From Candidatus Moraniibacteriota bacterium (GTDB taxonomy: Bacteria > Patescibacteriota > Minisyncoccia > Moranbacterales > GCA-2747515): 64,000 nt of DNA. The notes below the pieces were generated by a model. It searched no databases. It was given only the letters and a program-made list of their open reading frames with translations, and was not told where the DNA came from. Below are positions 27,699 to 38,610 of this stretch, piece by piece. How positions within the stretch are numbered: the first letter of the stretch is position 1; each line of letters opens with the position of its first letter. The DNA is taken from assembly GCA_038208115.1 (NCBI GenBank), contig JBBQZC010000001.1:13977-77976 (forward strand), written 5' to 3'. The translations under genes were made by a program, and so were the position numbers.

Positions 27699-28043
27699 TT
27701 ATCGGTCTTGTTGGCTTAATTTACTTTGAGCTATCATGTCACTAACAGGGCGACCCATCAAAAAAATTTTGATGACAGCCCACGCTACGAGCCAATAGAT
27801 TATCATAGCCAAAATTGTCGTCCTTTCAAAAAAACTGCCCTGCGTATACAGATTTCGAAAAACGGCTTCAAATGGTATGGCAAAAAAGCCAGATACACTG
27901 TAAATGAAACTAGTAAAACCAGCTAACGGATTAGCTTGAAGCAACTTCAATATGAAGCGAAGTAACAAAAAAGCCTCTAAAACCATCAAGACATACCAGA
28001 TAATCTGTGTTCCTCGATATAAAGATTTTGATTGTGTGTCCAT
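27699..28043 (-). CDS. YggT-like membrane protein
   Basis: LLLRFILKLL.AN...F..FIY.VS..F..PF pattern. Confidence 0.7.
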   Translation of the reverse strand: MDTQSKSLYRGTQIIWYVLMVLEAFLLLRFILKLLQANPLAGFTSFIYSVSGFFAIPFEAVFRNLYTQGSFFERTTILAMIIYWLVAWAVIKIFLMGRPVSDMIAQSKLSQQDR

Positions 28044-28305
28044 ATGTGTTTGTTTTAAAAATTATTCCTTGACGGAATATATTACTAACACATTGTCGAC
28101 CTCAATTTTTACTGACGTGCAATATATGCGGTACATTAACACATAAGTTGATGAACTACTAATACACAATGTGCACTCATGAGATATTAAAATCTCATTA
28201 TGATAAACCTTTTATCATTTATACGCTATTTTTTTGAAAACTACATCAACTCATAGATACAATCATCAAAACCATCACTATAGATGTGCAAAACAAAAAT
28301 ATTAA

Positions 28306-29304
28306 TTAATGAATCGGCGTTACATTTTTTGTATAGGAATTATTTCCTTCATCACTTTCATCAACGTCTGCATCAGAATCTACGACCGCCTTTGTCGTAT
28401 AATTCGCCCATCCACCATATGTATAGTCACACTCCACCGTTTCACTATCTCCCACTTTAAGGATATCGATTTTCTCGTGACACGCTCTGCTACCAGTAAC
28501 CGTTGGCCACCATTCCCAATAAAAATCTTCTGCATCGGTTTCGCCCTTGTTTTTAATCTTGAAGCTCACAGTGAACTCTTCTCCCTGCGTAGGATCATGA
28601 TTAAACTTATAATCACTAATGGACAGATCAGCCTTTTCTGCTACAGCAATCTCTTTTTTGCTTACATTATTATTCTCATCAATTTCATCATTTTCATCTT
28701 TTGTGTCTACAATGAACTTTGACGCATAGTCATCTACTTCATTATATACATAATCACACTCGATCATCTTTGTCGCACCGACAGCCAATCCATCTTCATC
28801 ACCTTTGCAATCACGACCGGAACTTGTCGGCCACCATTCCCAGCTGAAAGATTTTGACGCTACCGTGCCTTTGTTTCCTACAACAATCTTTGCCGTAAAC
28901 TCATCTCCAATCTTTGGGACTTCTCCGAGATCATAACTTTTCACATAGAGATCCGGCTTCTTTACAACATTTTTTGTTGCTTCGTCCGTATTTTTAGAGT
29001 CATTCACAGCGGGGGCATTTGATTCTTGTGTGATGCTCGGTGGCTTCGCTGTTGTGTCAACAGTGTTCTCACCAGAAGTTGTGGTTTTTTGTGTTTCCAT
29101 TTCATTCGGTTGACCATCATCCGATTTTTTTAGTGCGTAAACTACAAGAAATCCAATCAAAACAACTATTAAAACGACAAGGAGAACGGTCATAACCCAC
29201 TGAAACGGCGTAAACTTTTTTGAAGACTGAATATCCAAAGGGTGCTCAGTTACTTCCGTCGGCTTTGCGTCATTTTTTTCTATCGACATTGGTTCGTTTT
29301 CCAT
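28306..29304 (-). CDS. Membrane-anchored protein with two CARDB (Ig-like) domains
   Basis: N-terminal TM, T/P linker, two copies of (P/A)DL...(V/I).N.G....F.WEWWP...VD.....E.DE.NN. Confidence 0.82.
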   Translation of the reverse strand: MENEPMSIEKNDAKPTEVTEHPLDIQSSKKFTPFQWVMTVLLVVLIVVLIGFLVVYALKKSDDGQPNEMETQKTTTSGENTVDTTAKPPSITQESNAPAVNDSKNTDEATKNVVKKPDLYVKSYDLGEVPKIGDEFTAKIVVGNKGTVASKSFSWEWWPTSSGRDCKGDEDGLAVGATKMIECDYVYNEVDDYASKFIVDTKDENDEIDENNNVSKKEIAVAEKADLSISDYKFNHDPTQGEEFTVSFKIKNKGETDAEDFYWEWWPTVTGSRACHEKIDILKVGDSETVECDYTYGGWANYTTKAVVDSDADVDESDEGNNSYTKNVTPIH

Positions 29305-29423
29305 CGATTTATTGTTAATTTTTACAGATATTCATTTAACAACAGTATACCATAAAAATCGTGAAATATGCGTAATTTGATGTCCTTGTTTTCTTTCGCG
29401 TATACGCATCTCTAATTTATTAT

Positions 29424-29576
29424 TTTGCGAGAAAACACAAAATTCCCCGCAAAGTGAGCCATTTCTGACTCCATACTCATTCCTGGATATGACTGTTCAA
29501 GGTAGCCCTCACGAGGAGATTTTTACCTTGAACAGTTTTGCAAACCACGCACCAATACGGCGGTTGGGCTTGTGCT
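29424..29576 (-). ncRNA. Candidate structured non-coding RNA (family unknown)
   Basis: 13-bp perfect stem, two GNRA tetraloop hairpins and a closing stem with G-U pairs favouring the minus strand. Confidence 0.45.
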
Positions 29577-29695
29577 TAAGTAACATATTCAGTTATCACC
29601 TACACTTTATCATTCATCTTAACTATGTCTAATTAAGGAGCTTTTTTTTATTTTTTAACATAATTAAATTAGTTTTTCCTAAATTTTGCCATATT

Positions 29696-30904
29696 TTACC
29701 TTTTATTTCTAACCAACTGATCCATCTTCAAATCCAAAGTTGTCCAAACTAAACGACTTTTTGCAAATGTTTGCGGCTCATAGCCAACCTCCTTTAATGC
29801 CTTTTTATAAGGTAATGCAATATCTTGCAAGTTCTCTTCTAAAAATTCTGATGGATTTTTTGAAAACTTCAAAATACCATTATCTTCAACTAATAAATTT
29901 CTAAAAGATGCAAAGAGAGGATAAATCCAACCAGCTGGGATTGCATAATCAACTTCATCATCAATATATGGCAAAAGAACTCTTCGTTGTTTAACTACAA
30001 GATCTCCACTTCTTTTCTCTATAGTCCTAAAGTCATCTCCTAAAATCTTTGGCATATTTAGATTAATATTATCCCAAAGTTCAACAATATCCGGCAACAA
30101 CCTTGTATATTTTGCAACATTTTTTTCATCAAACATTTTTTCAAATGTTTCCAAAACCTTTTTTTTACTTGAATATGCTTCAATTGGTACATTTTCACCT
30201 TCAATTGGATATTTATCAATATTATATGCAACCAAATATCCAACCAGATCTGCAACTTTAATTTTTTTAACTCTTCCGTCATCATCAGTCTCATATTCAG
30301 AATATGATATTTGATTTTGGTACGGCTTACCATCTACAGCAACTTTAATATCATCAAATACATTCATCATATTATACAAAGTTTCTTTTCTGACCTGCAA
30401 TGCTGTATTTCTACTTTCCACAATATCTGTAACAGACTCTCTTGTATTAAAACCAACCAAAAATTCAATCTTTAAATACACCTCATCTTTAGCCAACTCA
30501 TCAGTGCTATCTGAAAAATAGTCTTTTAAAACATCGTATGTATGACCACCATCTGCAATTCCATGAAAACTTCTGTTATTTAATGTGATTGTAATTGATT
30601 GATTTTTATTATCAAAAACAAAATCATCTGCAAGCATCAAAAGCCCTTTATTACGATAAAAAAACTGATCGGGGCTATCATCAAGAGTCTCGCGCATTGC
30701 TTTCCACGCAAGTGAGCTTCTACGAGGTTCTCGTGGATTTATTGCACGAAATGCATCTAATTTATCAGCTTGATTTATAAATGCCATCGCATTCACAGTA
30801 ACAACAAATGACTTAATTCCTTTCTTTTCGTGACCAGGCACTACAGACAATTTCTTGACTGCATCATTATCAAAAACTGGTAACGTAATTACAACATCTT
30901 TCAT
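29696..30904 (-). CDS. AIPR (abortive infection phage resistance) family protein
   Basis: NPR, TL...PDQFFYRNKGL, GIADGGHT, I..SRNT..QV motifs. Confidence 0.8.
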   Translation of the reverse strand: MKDVVITLPVFDNDAVKKLSVVPGHEKKGIKSFVVTVNAMAFINQADKLDAFRAINPREPRRSSLAWKAMRETLDDSPDQFFYRNKGLLMLADDFVFDNKNQSITITLNNRSFHGIADGGHTYDVLKDYFSDSTDELAKDEVYLKIEFLVGFNTRESVTDIVESRNTALQVRKETLYNMMNVFDDIKVAVDGKPYQNQISYSEYETDDDGRVKKIKVADLVGYLVAYNIDKYPIEGENVPIEAYSSKKKVLETFEKMFDEKNVAKYTRLLPDIVELWDNINLNMPKILGDDFRTIEKRSGDLVVKQRRVLLPYIDDEVDYAIPAGWIYPLFASFRNLLVEDNGILKFSKNPSEFLEENLQDIALPYKKALKEVGYEPQTFAKSRLVWTTLDLKMDQLVRNKR

Positions 30905-31067
30905 AATTAATATCTTAAAAAATAAAAAATTCGCACCTACAAAATGCGAATAAAGACACTAATCAATTTATATTTATAATATAAACTCTCTAGATTGATA
31001 ATATCCCCATTGCCGATCTTTCGATACAACACTTTGATAGTTTCCACTAATCTTTAGGTACAATGCT

Positions 31068-31096
31068 ATCATATCACAGCAGTCCTATTTTGTCAA
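31068..31096 (-). promoter_or_regulatory. sigma70 promoter for the AIPR leader
   Basis: TTGACA-N17-TATGAT. Confidence 0.6.
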
Positions 31097-31138
31097 TGTT
31101 TTATTAAAGAGAAAAAGTATGTTAATCCGTGCATCTCA

Positions 31139-31981
31139 TTACAAAATCTGAAAATTATCCTGGTTCATGGCGATATGACAGGTCATACACAGAGTTACAA
31201 GATTTTCTAGATCATTTGAATCCGAATAACGTCTATGCACAAATAAGTCTTTCCCAAATATTTCTCTATGTTTTTCTCTTGTAATCCCACAAATAATGCA
31301 TTTTTCTCCATCTCTTCGTATCGCTTTTTCTCTATTATTTTCAAAGTTTTTCTCTAATTGTTTTTGTAACAGTCTTTTTCTGACATCTGGCCTTCTAGAA
31401 TATACAAGATTCTTTTTTTTTATTGTTTCTCCATTCTTTTGATGATATCGACGAATTTGCTTCTTATGTTCTTCGCTTTTGCCATAACATTTAATGCACA
31501 CCCCCTTCGATCGATGTTTATATTTGGTACTTTCACAAATTTTGCAAAATTCATTTTCAATTGACCATTTTTTCTTTTTATTATTCAAGATTCTAGTATA
31601 TATTTCAGGATATATTTTTTTTACAAGTCTCGCATTTTTTCCTAAATAATCATTTAATTCTGTTATGCTACCAAATGTTTCAATTCCTCTGTTTTCTAAA
31701 TTTTTTACTACATCACTTATACTTTCTTTTTTTTTATTTAAATTACTCTGAAAATGCACTTTTTTAATTTTTTTGAGTCGATCCTTAATTGCTTCAATCA
31801 ATACCCATTCATATTCATACACAAAACCACTTTTGTTCCATTCGCATATTATTTGTTTTTTGATTTCTGCAGATATTTTTTGACGGATTCTTTCCCTTGT
31901 TACGCCAAGTTTCTCTCCGATAATTTGATATGTTTCTCCATTACAATATAATTTTACTAAACTTTTTTCAGAATCGCACAT
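31139..31981 (-). CDS. Sigma70-region-4-like HTH + Zn finger + HNH-like domain protein
   Basis: TYQIIGEKLGVTRERIRQ; CKIC...C..C; RD..KCIICG...VHRR...NDLENLVTLC..CH. Confidence 0.75.
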   Translation of the reverse strand: MCDSEKSLVKLYCNGETYQIIGEKLGVTRERIRQKISAEIKKQIICEWNKSGFVYEYEWVLIEAIKDRLKKIKKVHFQSNLNKKKESISDVVKNLENRGIETFGSITELNDYLGKNARLVKKIYPEIYTRILNNKKKKWSIENEFCKICESTKYKHRSKGVCIKCYGKSEEHKKQIRRYHQKNGETIKKKNLVYSRRPDVRKRLLQKQLEKNFENNREKAIRRDGEKCIICGITREKHREIFGKDLFVHRRYSDSNDLENLVTLCMTCHIAMNQDNFQIL

Positions 31982-32046
31982 ATAATTTTATCTAAATTAT
32001 AATCTTGATAAATTTTAACATTTATTATACTTATTCTCAACACAAC

Positions 32047-33009
32047 CTATTTATTCAAATCCAAAAAATCCCTATGCGCTTTCTTTGCTTTTTCCTTATC
32101 AACTCCAAGATAATACTTGCACGTTGTATCCAATCTCTCGTGACCAAGGATCTCTTTGACATGCACGATTGGACATCCATTGAAAACAAGATTTGTCGCA
32201 ACTGTATGGCGAAGAATATGCGGTGTGAGCTTTTTATGGATTTTTGCCAATCTGCGGTGTCTTTCAAAAAATCGCCACACATCATCCCTACGCAAACGAT
32301 CATGCGGTTTTTTAGTTATAAACACAGCTTCATGCATGTCCGTGCGCCTTTCCAAATATCTCTCCAACCATTCCAATGATCGTTTTGTAAAAAACACTGT
32401 TCGTTCTTTACTACCTTTACCTATGATCTTAGCTTCCCGTCTTTCCCAATCGATGTCCCTACGATTAAGTGACAATGTTTCTCCAATTCGCATTCCTGAA
32501 CCCAGCAAAAGCTCAACAAGCGCACGAAAGCGAATATCATACCATCGATCTGTTCTGATTGTTTTCAAAAATGCATCTATTTCTTCTTTTGTGAGATAAA
32601 TCACTTCTCGTTTATAGCGTTTTGGTGGCCGGATCTGCTTTGGGTGCAGCGTTTTGATCTTTAAAAAACCTCCGCAATATCCAAAAAAACTTTTCATAGC
32701 ATATACGACACTTGCAATACGTGCAGGACTCAAACCACGATCCATCATGAGCCTTTTTAATCTCACAAACTCTTGTACATCATAATACGCGACCGGTTTA
32801 TCACCAATATCGCGCACAAAGCTTTTAAGACTATCTCTGTATTTTATAATAGTCTGTGGTGAAAAGTTCAATTCATAGCGTGCATATTCCAAAAAATCTT
32901 CAATAAGTTCCGTCATTGGCTTTTCATCATTTTTTCTAATGTCGGAGAATGCATTTCTTTCAACGACAGTTTTTGGATCATTTTGCATTTCTACATGTTC
33001 ATATGTCAT
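32047..33009 (-). CDS. Tyrosine recombinase (XerC/D-like integrase)
   Basis: SAM-like N-domain, GMRIGE, GKGSKER, HILRH, LGH..L.TT..Y. The ORF-track start 33087 overlaps the rRNA trailer, so 33009 is preferred. Confidence 0.9.
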   Translation of the reverse strand: MTYEHVEMQNDPKTVVERNAFSDIRKNDEKPMTELIEDFLEYARYELNFSPQTIIKYRDSLKSFVRDIGDKPVAYYDVQEFVRLKRLMMDRGLSPARIASVVYAMKSFFGYCGGFLKIKTLHPKQIRPPKRYKREVIYLTKEEIDAFLKTIRTDRWYDIRFRALVELLLGSGMRIGETLSLNRRDIDWERREAKIIGKGSKERTVFFTKRSLEWLERYLERRTDMHEAVFITKKPHDRLRRDDVWRFFERHRRLAKIHKKLTPHILRHTVATNLVFNGCPIVHVKEILGHERLDTTCKYYLGVDKEKAKKAHRDFLDLNK

Positions 33010-33013
33010 AAAC

Positions 33014-33040
33014 AAAAAAACCATAGTCCAAAAACTACAG
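33014..33040 (-). terminator. Probable terminator of the 16S transcript
   Basis: CUGUAGU..ACUAUGG hairpin followed by U7. Confidence 0.5.
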
Positions 33041-33211
33041 TATCTATTGCCTAGCAAAGTATATGAACCAATATTTGGCTCTATCACAAACTTTTGTGGT
33101 TAGTCCTACTCTATAAATGAGTCACGAATACACATTATAAAAGATGTGTAAACGACCATTATGGGTTTAAGAATTTGAGATGACTCTCAACTCTTTTCAC
33201 CTTTACTCCCT

Positions 33212-34702
<1,491 letters not shown>

Positions 34703-35109
34703 AACATGTCTTGATTTTCACTATGATTTGTATGAATCACCAGAATCATAGAAGTTTCTAAAAGAAACTTTCAATAGTTTGAACCTTTAGTCCGAAGACT
34801 AAATTTTTTTGACTCGATTTATAGATCAGGACACTATAATAAATTATAGTGACATTATTTTTAGGACTAACCACAAAAAATTGTGATTTAGTATATTTGC
34901 TAGTTGTCATCAAATACTGTTACTAAAGTATTTGATCAACGTATATTCTTTTGTTAAAGTTCTTGTTTTCTCATTTCTCCCTACGAGAAAGAAAAACACA
35001 TCTCTAACAACTTTATCATATGATGAAAATTTTGTCCAGAGATGTATCATTCTTTCACCCTCGTGAATGGAGTCAACGATACCGTATTCATTTCTTAACA
35101 CTAAAATCA

Positions 35110-35137
35110 ATTATACACGGCTTTAAAATCCTGTCAA
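35110..35137 (-). promoter_or_regulatory. rRNA promoter
   Basis: Consensus TTGACA-N16-TATAAT about 400 bp upstream of the 16S. Confidence 0.85.
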
Positions 35138-35333
35138 GTGCGACCTAAAATTATGAAAAAATAATTGGAATGATGATAAATTTTGAGATGACTTTTGTTG
35201 ATATTTTTATCCATTATTACTATCTTTTATTGAAAAAAGAAAACACAATATCAAAATAAAAAAATTAAATCGGTTTTCTCACTTTTGTGAAAAAACCGAT
35301 TATTCATTATCCCATTTGAAAAAATTACTTGTT

Positions 35334-36077
35334 TCAGCCGGTCATCAATTTACCAACATCTTCAACAGACATGTTGCAAAGATTGCCTACATCAGAAGAA
35401 ATATTTTCAGAGTCGACAATACCACAACTCTTCTGATACGAAACAATGCGAATGAGATTACTGATTGCTTCTGCAAGTGCATCTTCGTTTCCACTGGTAT
35501 CGATCGAAGAAATGGCATCATGTAAATCTATGAGAGCAACGGATGATTGTTTCAAGCGAAGAATTTCTGCATTCTTTTTGACAACAATGGTCTGAAGATT
35601 TTCAATGCCTTTCTTGCGAGAGACGGCAATCCCAGCTGATATCTTCTGCTGTTCACTTGTAACTTTCAACTGCCTTTTCAAACTTTGATTTTCATCTACA
35701 AGTTTCTCAATCCGCACCTGATCTTTTTTGCGCCCTTTCTTCAACTTCTTGATCTCGGCGACAGACTTGGCATCTGCATCAAAAAAAGATATGACGTTGC
35801 CATACAGTTTCTGCACTTGTGCATTCTTACCGGCGAGATCGGCTTCAGCAAAGATTTGCTCCGGTCGCTTTGCGCTGGAAACACATTTGATATCAAGTGC
35901 ATCAAGAAACTCCTTCGGTGCATTCTCGAGGATCTCATCACGCTCCTTATCCGTCATTTGTGCCAAATTTAAAGTCATTGACGCAGCAAATCCTTTCTTT
36001 TTTTTCTCTTTTATAACCACTTTTATGTATTCTTCCACAGTTAGAGGTCTTCCACAACCACACGGACATGTTGGCAT
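35334..36077 (-). CDS. Coiled-coil hypothetical protein with N-terminal CPCGC motif; paralog of 36310-37155
   Basis: SD AAGGAG; shared block KRPE.I.AE..LAG..AQ...L...V..FF..D.KS.A.IKKLKK. Confidence 0.75.
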   Translation of the reverse strand: MPTCPCGCGRPLTVEEYIKVVIKEKKKKGFAASMTLNLAQMTDKERDEILENAPKEFLDALDIKCVSSAKRPEQIFAEADLAGKNAQVQKLYGNVISFFDADAKSVAEIKKLKKGRKKDQVRIEKLVDENQSLKRQLKVTSEQQKISAGIAVSRKKGIENLQTIVVKKNAEILRLKQSSVALIDLHDAISSIDTSGNEDALAEAISNLIRIVSYQKSCGIVDSENISSDVGNLCNMSVEDVGKLMTG

Positions 36078-36309
36078 CTTGCTCTCCTTTGATTTTTTTA
36101 AGTTAACTCATGAAAATTCTGACGCGACGCCAGATTTGACATAATATCAGCTTTTAAGTGCTTTGTCAATCCAAAATTCACACAATTGCATTGTGATATA
36201 TAAGAATAATTATGCTAAATTACTTATATCAATATTACCAAAGAAAAAAGCTGATCTCACATGTGTGTGAAATCAGCTTAGTAAGACTCGTTGAGACACT
36301 TATGTCTTA

Positions 36310-37155
36310 CTATTTACCATTTGCTTCGACGCCTGCATCTTCCTCGGGAGATTTCTCCTGTGAGGTTTCTGCGGCGAGAGTTTCATCAGCGGCGACATCG
36401 GAATTATTGTCTTTCTGTTGCATCGCTACAGCAAGAGCTTGAATCCTTCCGATTTCTCCAAAAAGAGAACTTTTGTTTCCGCTGGCATCCATGGCAATGA
36501 CGGCATTTTGCAGTTTTGCAAATGAATCAGCAGTCGACGCCAGAGTGACAATTTCCCGACTCTTTTGTTCAACCGTGACCTGTGAATCGCGGAGATCCTG
36601 AAATGCTTCGGTCAGCAATAAATTCTTCTCCGCAACCTGAACACCGAGTCGATTATTTTGATGAATCTGGTGATCGACATCTTCTTGAAGTCGACGGATT
36701 TTATCGGTTTGTTCTGCATTGACTGCCTCAAGCTTTTTCTTTTCTTTCTTGAGCTTCTTTATTGCAGCCGTGGATTTCTCATCCTGAATGAAGAATCCAT
36801 TGACAGAATTCTGCAGGTGTGTAATCTGAGCAGCATTGCCGGCCAGTTCAGATTCAGCCAAAATCCATTCTGGCCGTTTCCTCTCATTAACTTTGACAAC
36901 GGTGTATCCGAGTTTCTTTAACACCTCCTCTGGCATACTCTTGAGAATCTCCTCGCGAACCTCATTCGGCATTTTTGCCAGGCGTTTTTTCAAATCCTCG
37001 AAACCAATCTGGTCACTGCTTTCCCGTGCCCGAGAAACGCCGCCAAAGAGATCCTCAAAAGCGTCCGGAAAACCATCAATTATATTATTGAATCGATCTA
37101 CGCGCCTTCCGCATACAATCTCCGAAAGCTCAGCTAAAAATCGCCTTGAATCCAT
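36310..37155 (-). CDS. Coiled-coil hypothetical protein; paralog of 35334-36077
   Basis: SD AAGGAGAGG; same shared block; own promoter and terminator. Confidence 0.75.
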   Translation of the reverse strand: MDSRRFLAELSEIVCGRRVDRFNNIIDGFPDAFEDLFGGVSRARESSDQIGFEDLKKRLAKMPNEVREEILKSMPEEVLKKLGYTVVKVNERKRPEWILAESELAGNAAQITHLQNSVNGFFIQDEKSTAAIKKLKKEKKKLEAVNAEQTDKIRRLQEDVDHQIHQNNRLGVQVAEKNLLLTEAFQDLRDSQVTVEQKSREIVTLASTADSFAKLQNAVIAMDASGNKSSLFGEIGRIQALAVAMQQKDNNSDVAADETLAAETSQEKSPEEDAGVEANGK

Positions 37156-37443
37156 CTTATGACCTCTCCTTCTATAGTTTTATCAAGATTACTACTGTAA
37201 ATCTGACCCCATGCCAGAATTGACATGATAGCAAATTTTAAGTACTTTGTCAATAGTAAAAAATCGAGTCTGAAAACTCCATTTTTATCAAAGTTACTAA
37301 TGAACTATTTACATAAACTCTCATATTTTGTAACGTCCATTTATCTGTTATGTCCGTAAAAATGGGGATTCAGAAATCTCGCATATATGACATAATATTC
37401 CGAGATTTTCACCTTCGCAAAAAAAATATTTTAAAAAAAACGA

Positions 37444-37911
37444 TCATATAAATTCCAATAATTTTTGCACTTTATCACGTAAATTTTCTGTGCTACCCAT
37501 AATCGGTGATCGCGGAATCACTTTAATCGTTTTGCGACCTGCTAATACATCCTCGATAATCATTTTGGTCTCCTCTGGAGAATAATCGCGATCCTGTGAC
37601 GCTGAATATGCACCGCCCATGCGATCGATCATTTTACATATGATAGCTTTTTCTTTTTCAAAAAATTCTTTTTGCAATTGCATAATCTCACTATTGATCC
37701 GTGCCAGAATTGTTCGATCTGCGTGTACGATATCTCTAAAAGCGAGAATGCCTTCTTTTTGTTTCTTGAGATCAGCTATACGCAATAATAATAAATCATT
37801 ATTATTATCAACTGCTTCTATCTGGATAGTCGCATCAAGATCTGGTTTGCCGTGCGGTTTCTGCTCTACCGCTTTTTTTGCCACATCGACGCCTCCTTCA
37901 TACATCATCAT
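37444..37911 (-). CDS. Hypothetical protein
   Basis: 155-aa ORF directly downstream of rfbC. Confidence 0.6.
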   Translation of the reverse strand: MMMYEGGVDVAKKAVEQKPHGKPDLDATIQIEAVDNNNDLLLLRIADLKKQKEGILAFRDIVHADRTILARINSEIMQLQKEFFEKEKAIICKMIDRMGGAYSASQDRDYSPEETKMIIEDVLAGRKTIKVIPRSPIMGSTENLRDKVQKLLEFI

Positions 37912-37927
37912 ACAATAGTGTTATTTA

Positions 37928-38503
37928 TTATTTAGTCGTTTCATACGCAAAATTATTTTTTAGATCACTAAAAACCATGTTATTTTGATCTTTCTCCGAC
38001 ACAATCGGATTAACGATACCATATTTATCCAATTGCCAATCAATCGCGATTGATAGGTCATCCCACGCAAGAGCGCCCTCTGCATCTTTTACATAGACAT
38101 CTGTGCATTTGTAGCTGAATATTGTATCATCCTCCAGAGCCAGAAATCCATGCGCAAAACCCTCTGGAATCCAAAACTGTTTTTTATTATCAGCCGAAAG
38201 CTCTACAGACACCCACTGTCCGTACGTCGGTGACCCATGCCGAATATCCACAGCAACATCGAGTACACCCCCCACGATTACCTGCACGAGCTTACCTTGT
38301 GCATGTGGACGCCTCTGAAAATGCAATCCTCGCAAAACGCCCTTTGCTGATCGTGATAAGTTATCTTGTACAAATTCGTCTGATATGCCATTCGCTTTGT
38401 ACCGCTCCCTATTATACGTTTCCGCAAAAAAACCGCGCAGATCTCCAAATATATCAGGCGTGATCACTAACAATCCATCTATCTTTGTTTCTTCTGTTTT
38501 CAT
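37928..38503 (-). CDS. rfbC: dTDP-4-dehydrorhamnose 3,5-epimerase
   Basis: D.RGFF.E, QDN.S.S.KGVLRGLHFQ, IPEGFAHGF. Confidence 0.95.
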   Translation of the reverse strand: MKTEETKIDGLLVITPDIFGDLRGFFAETYNRERYKANGISDEFVQDNLSRSAKGVLRGLHFQRRPHAQGKLVQVIVGGVLDVAVDIRHGSPTYGQWVSVELSADNKKQFWIPEGFAHGFLALEDDTIFSYKCTDVYVKDAEGALAWDDLSIAIDWQLDKYGIVNPIVSEKDQNNMVFSDLKNNFAYETTK

Positions 38504-38610
38504 ATAGCGTCAGATGTAATTTTATATTTCTCTATTATATCATAAAAAAACACCAATCCCGTGAGAAAAGTGTTTTTTTGTGATGTAAATAGACTGAAAA
38601 AATACATGTA

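Noticed and set aside
33040-33211. tRNA in the 16S trailer
   Set aside because: No cloverleaf or T-loop GTTCRA; the sequence is explained by the processing stem.
34910-35110. 66-aa ORF upstream of the 16S
   Set aside because: Lies in the rRNA leader directly after the promoter; no SD or motif.
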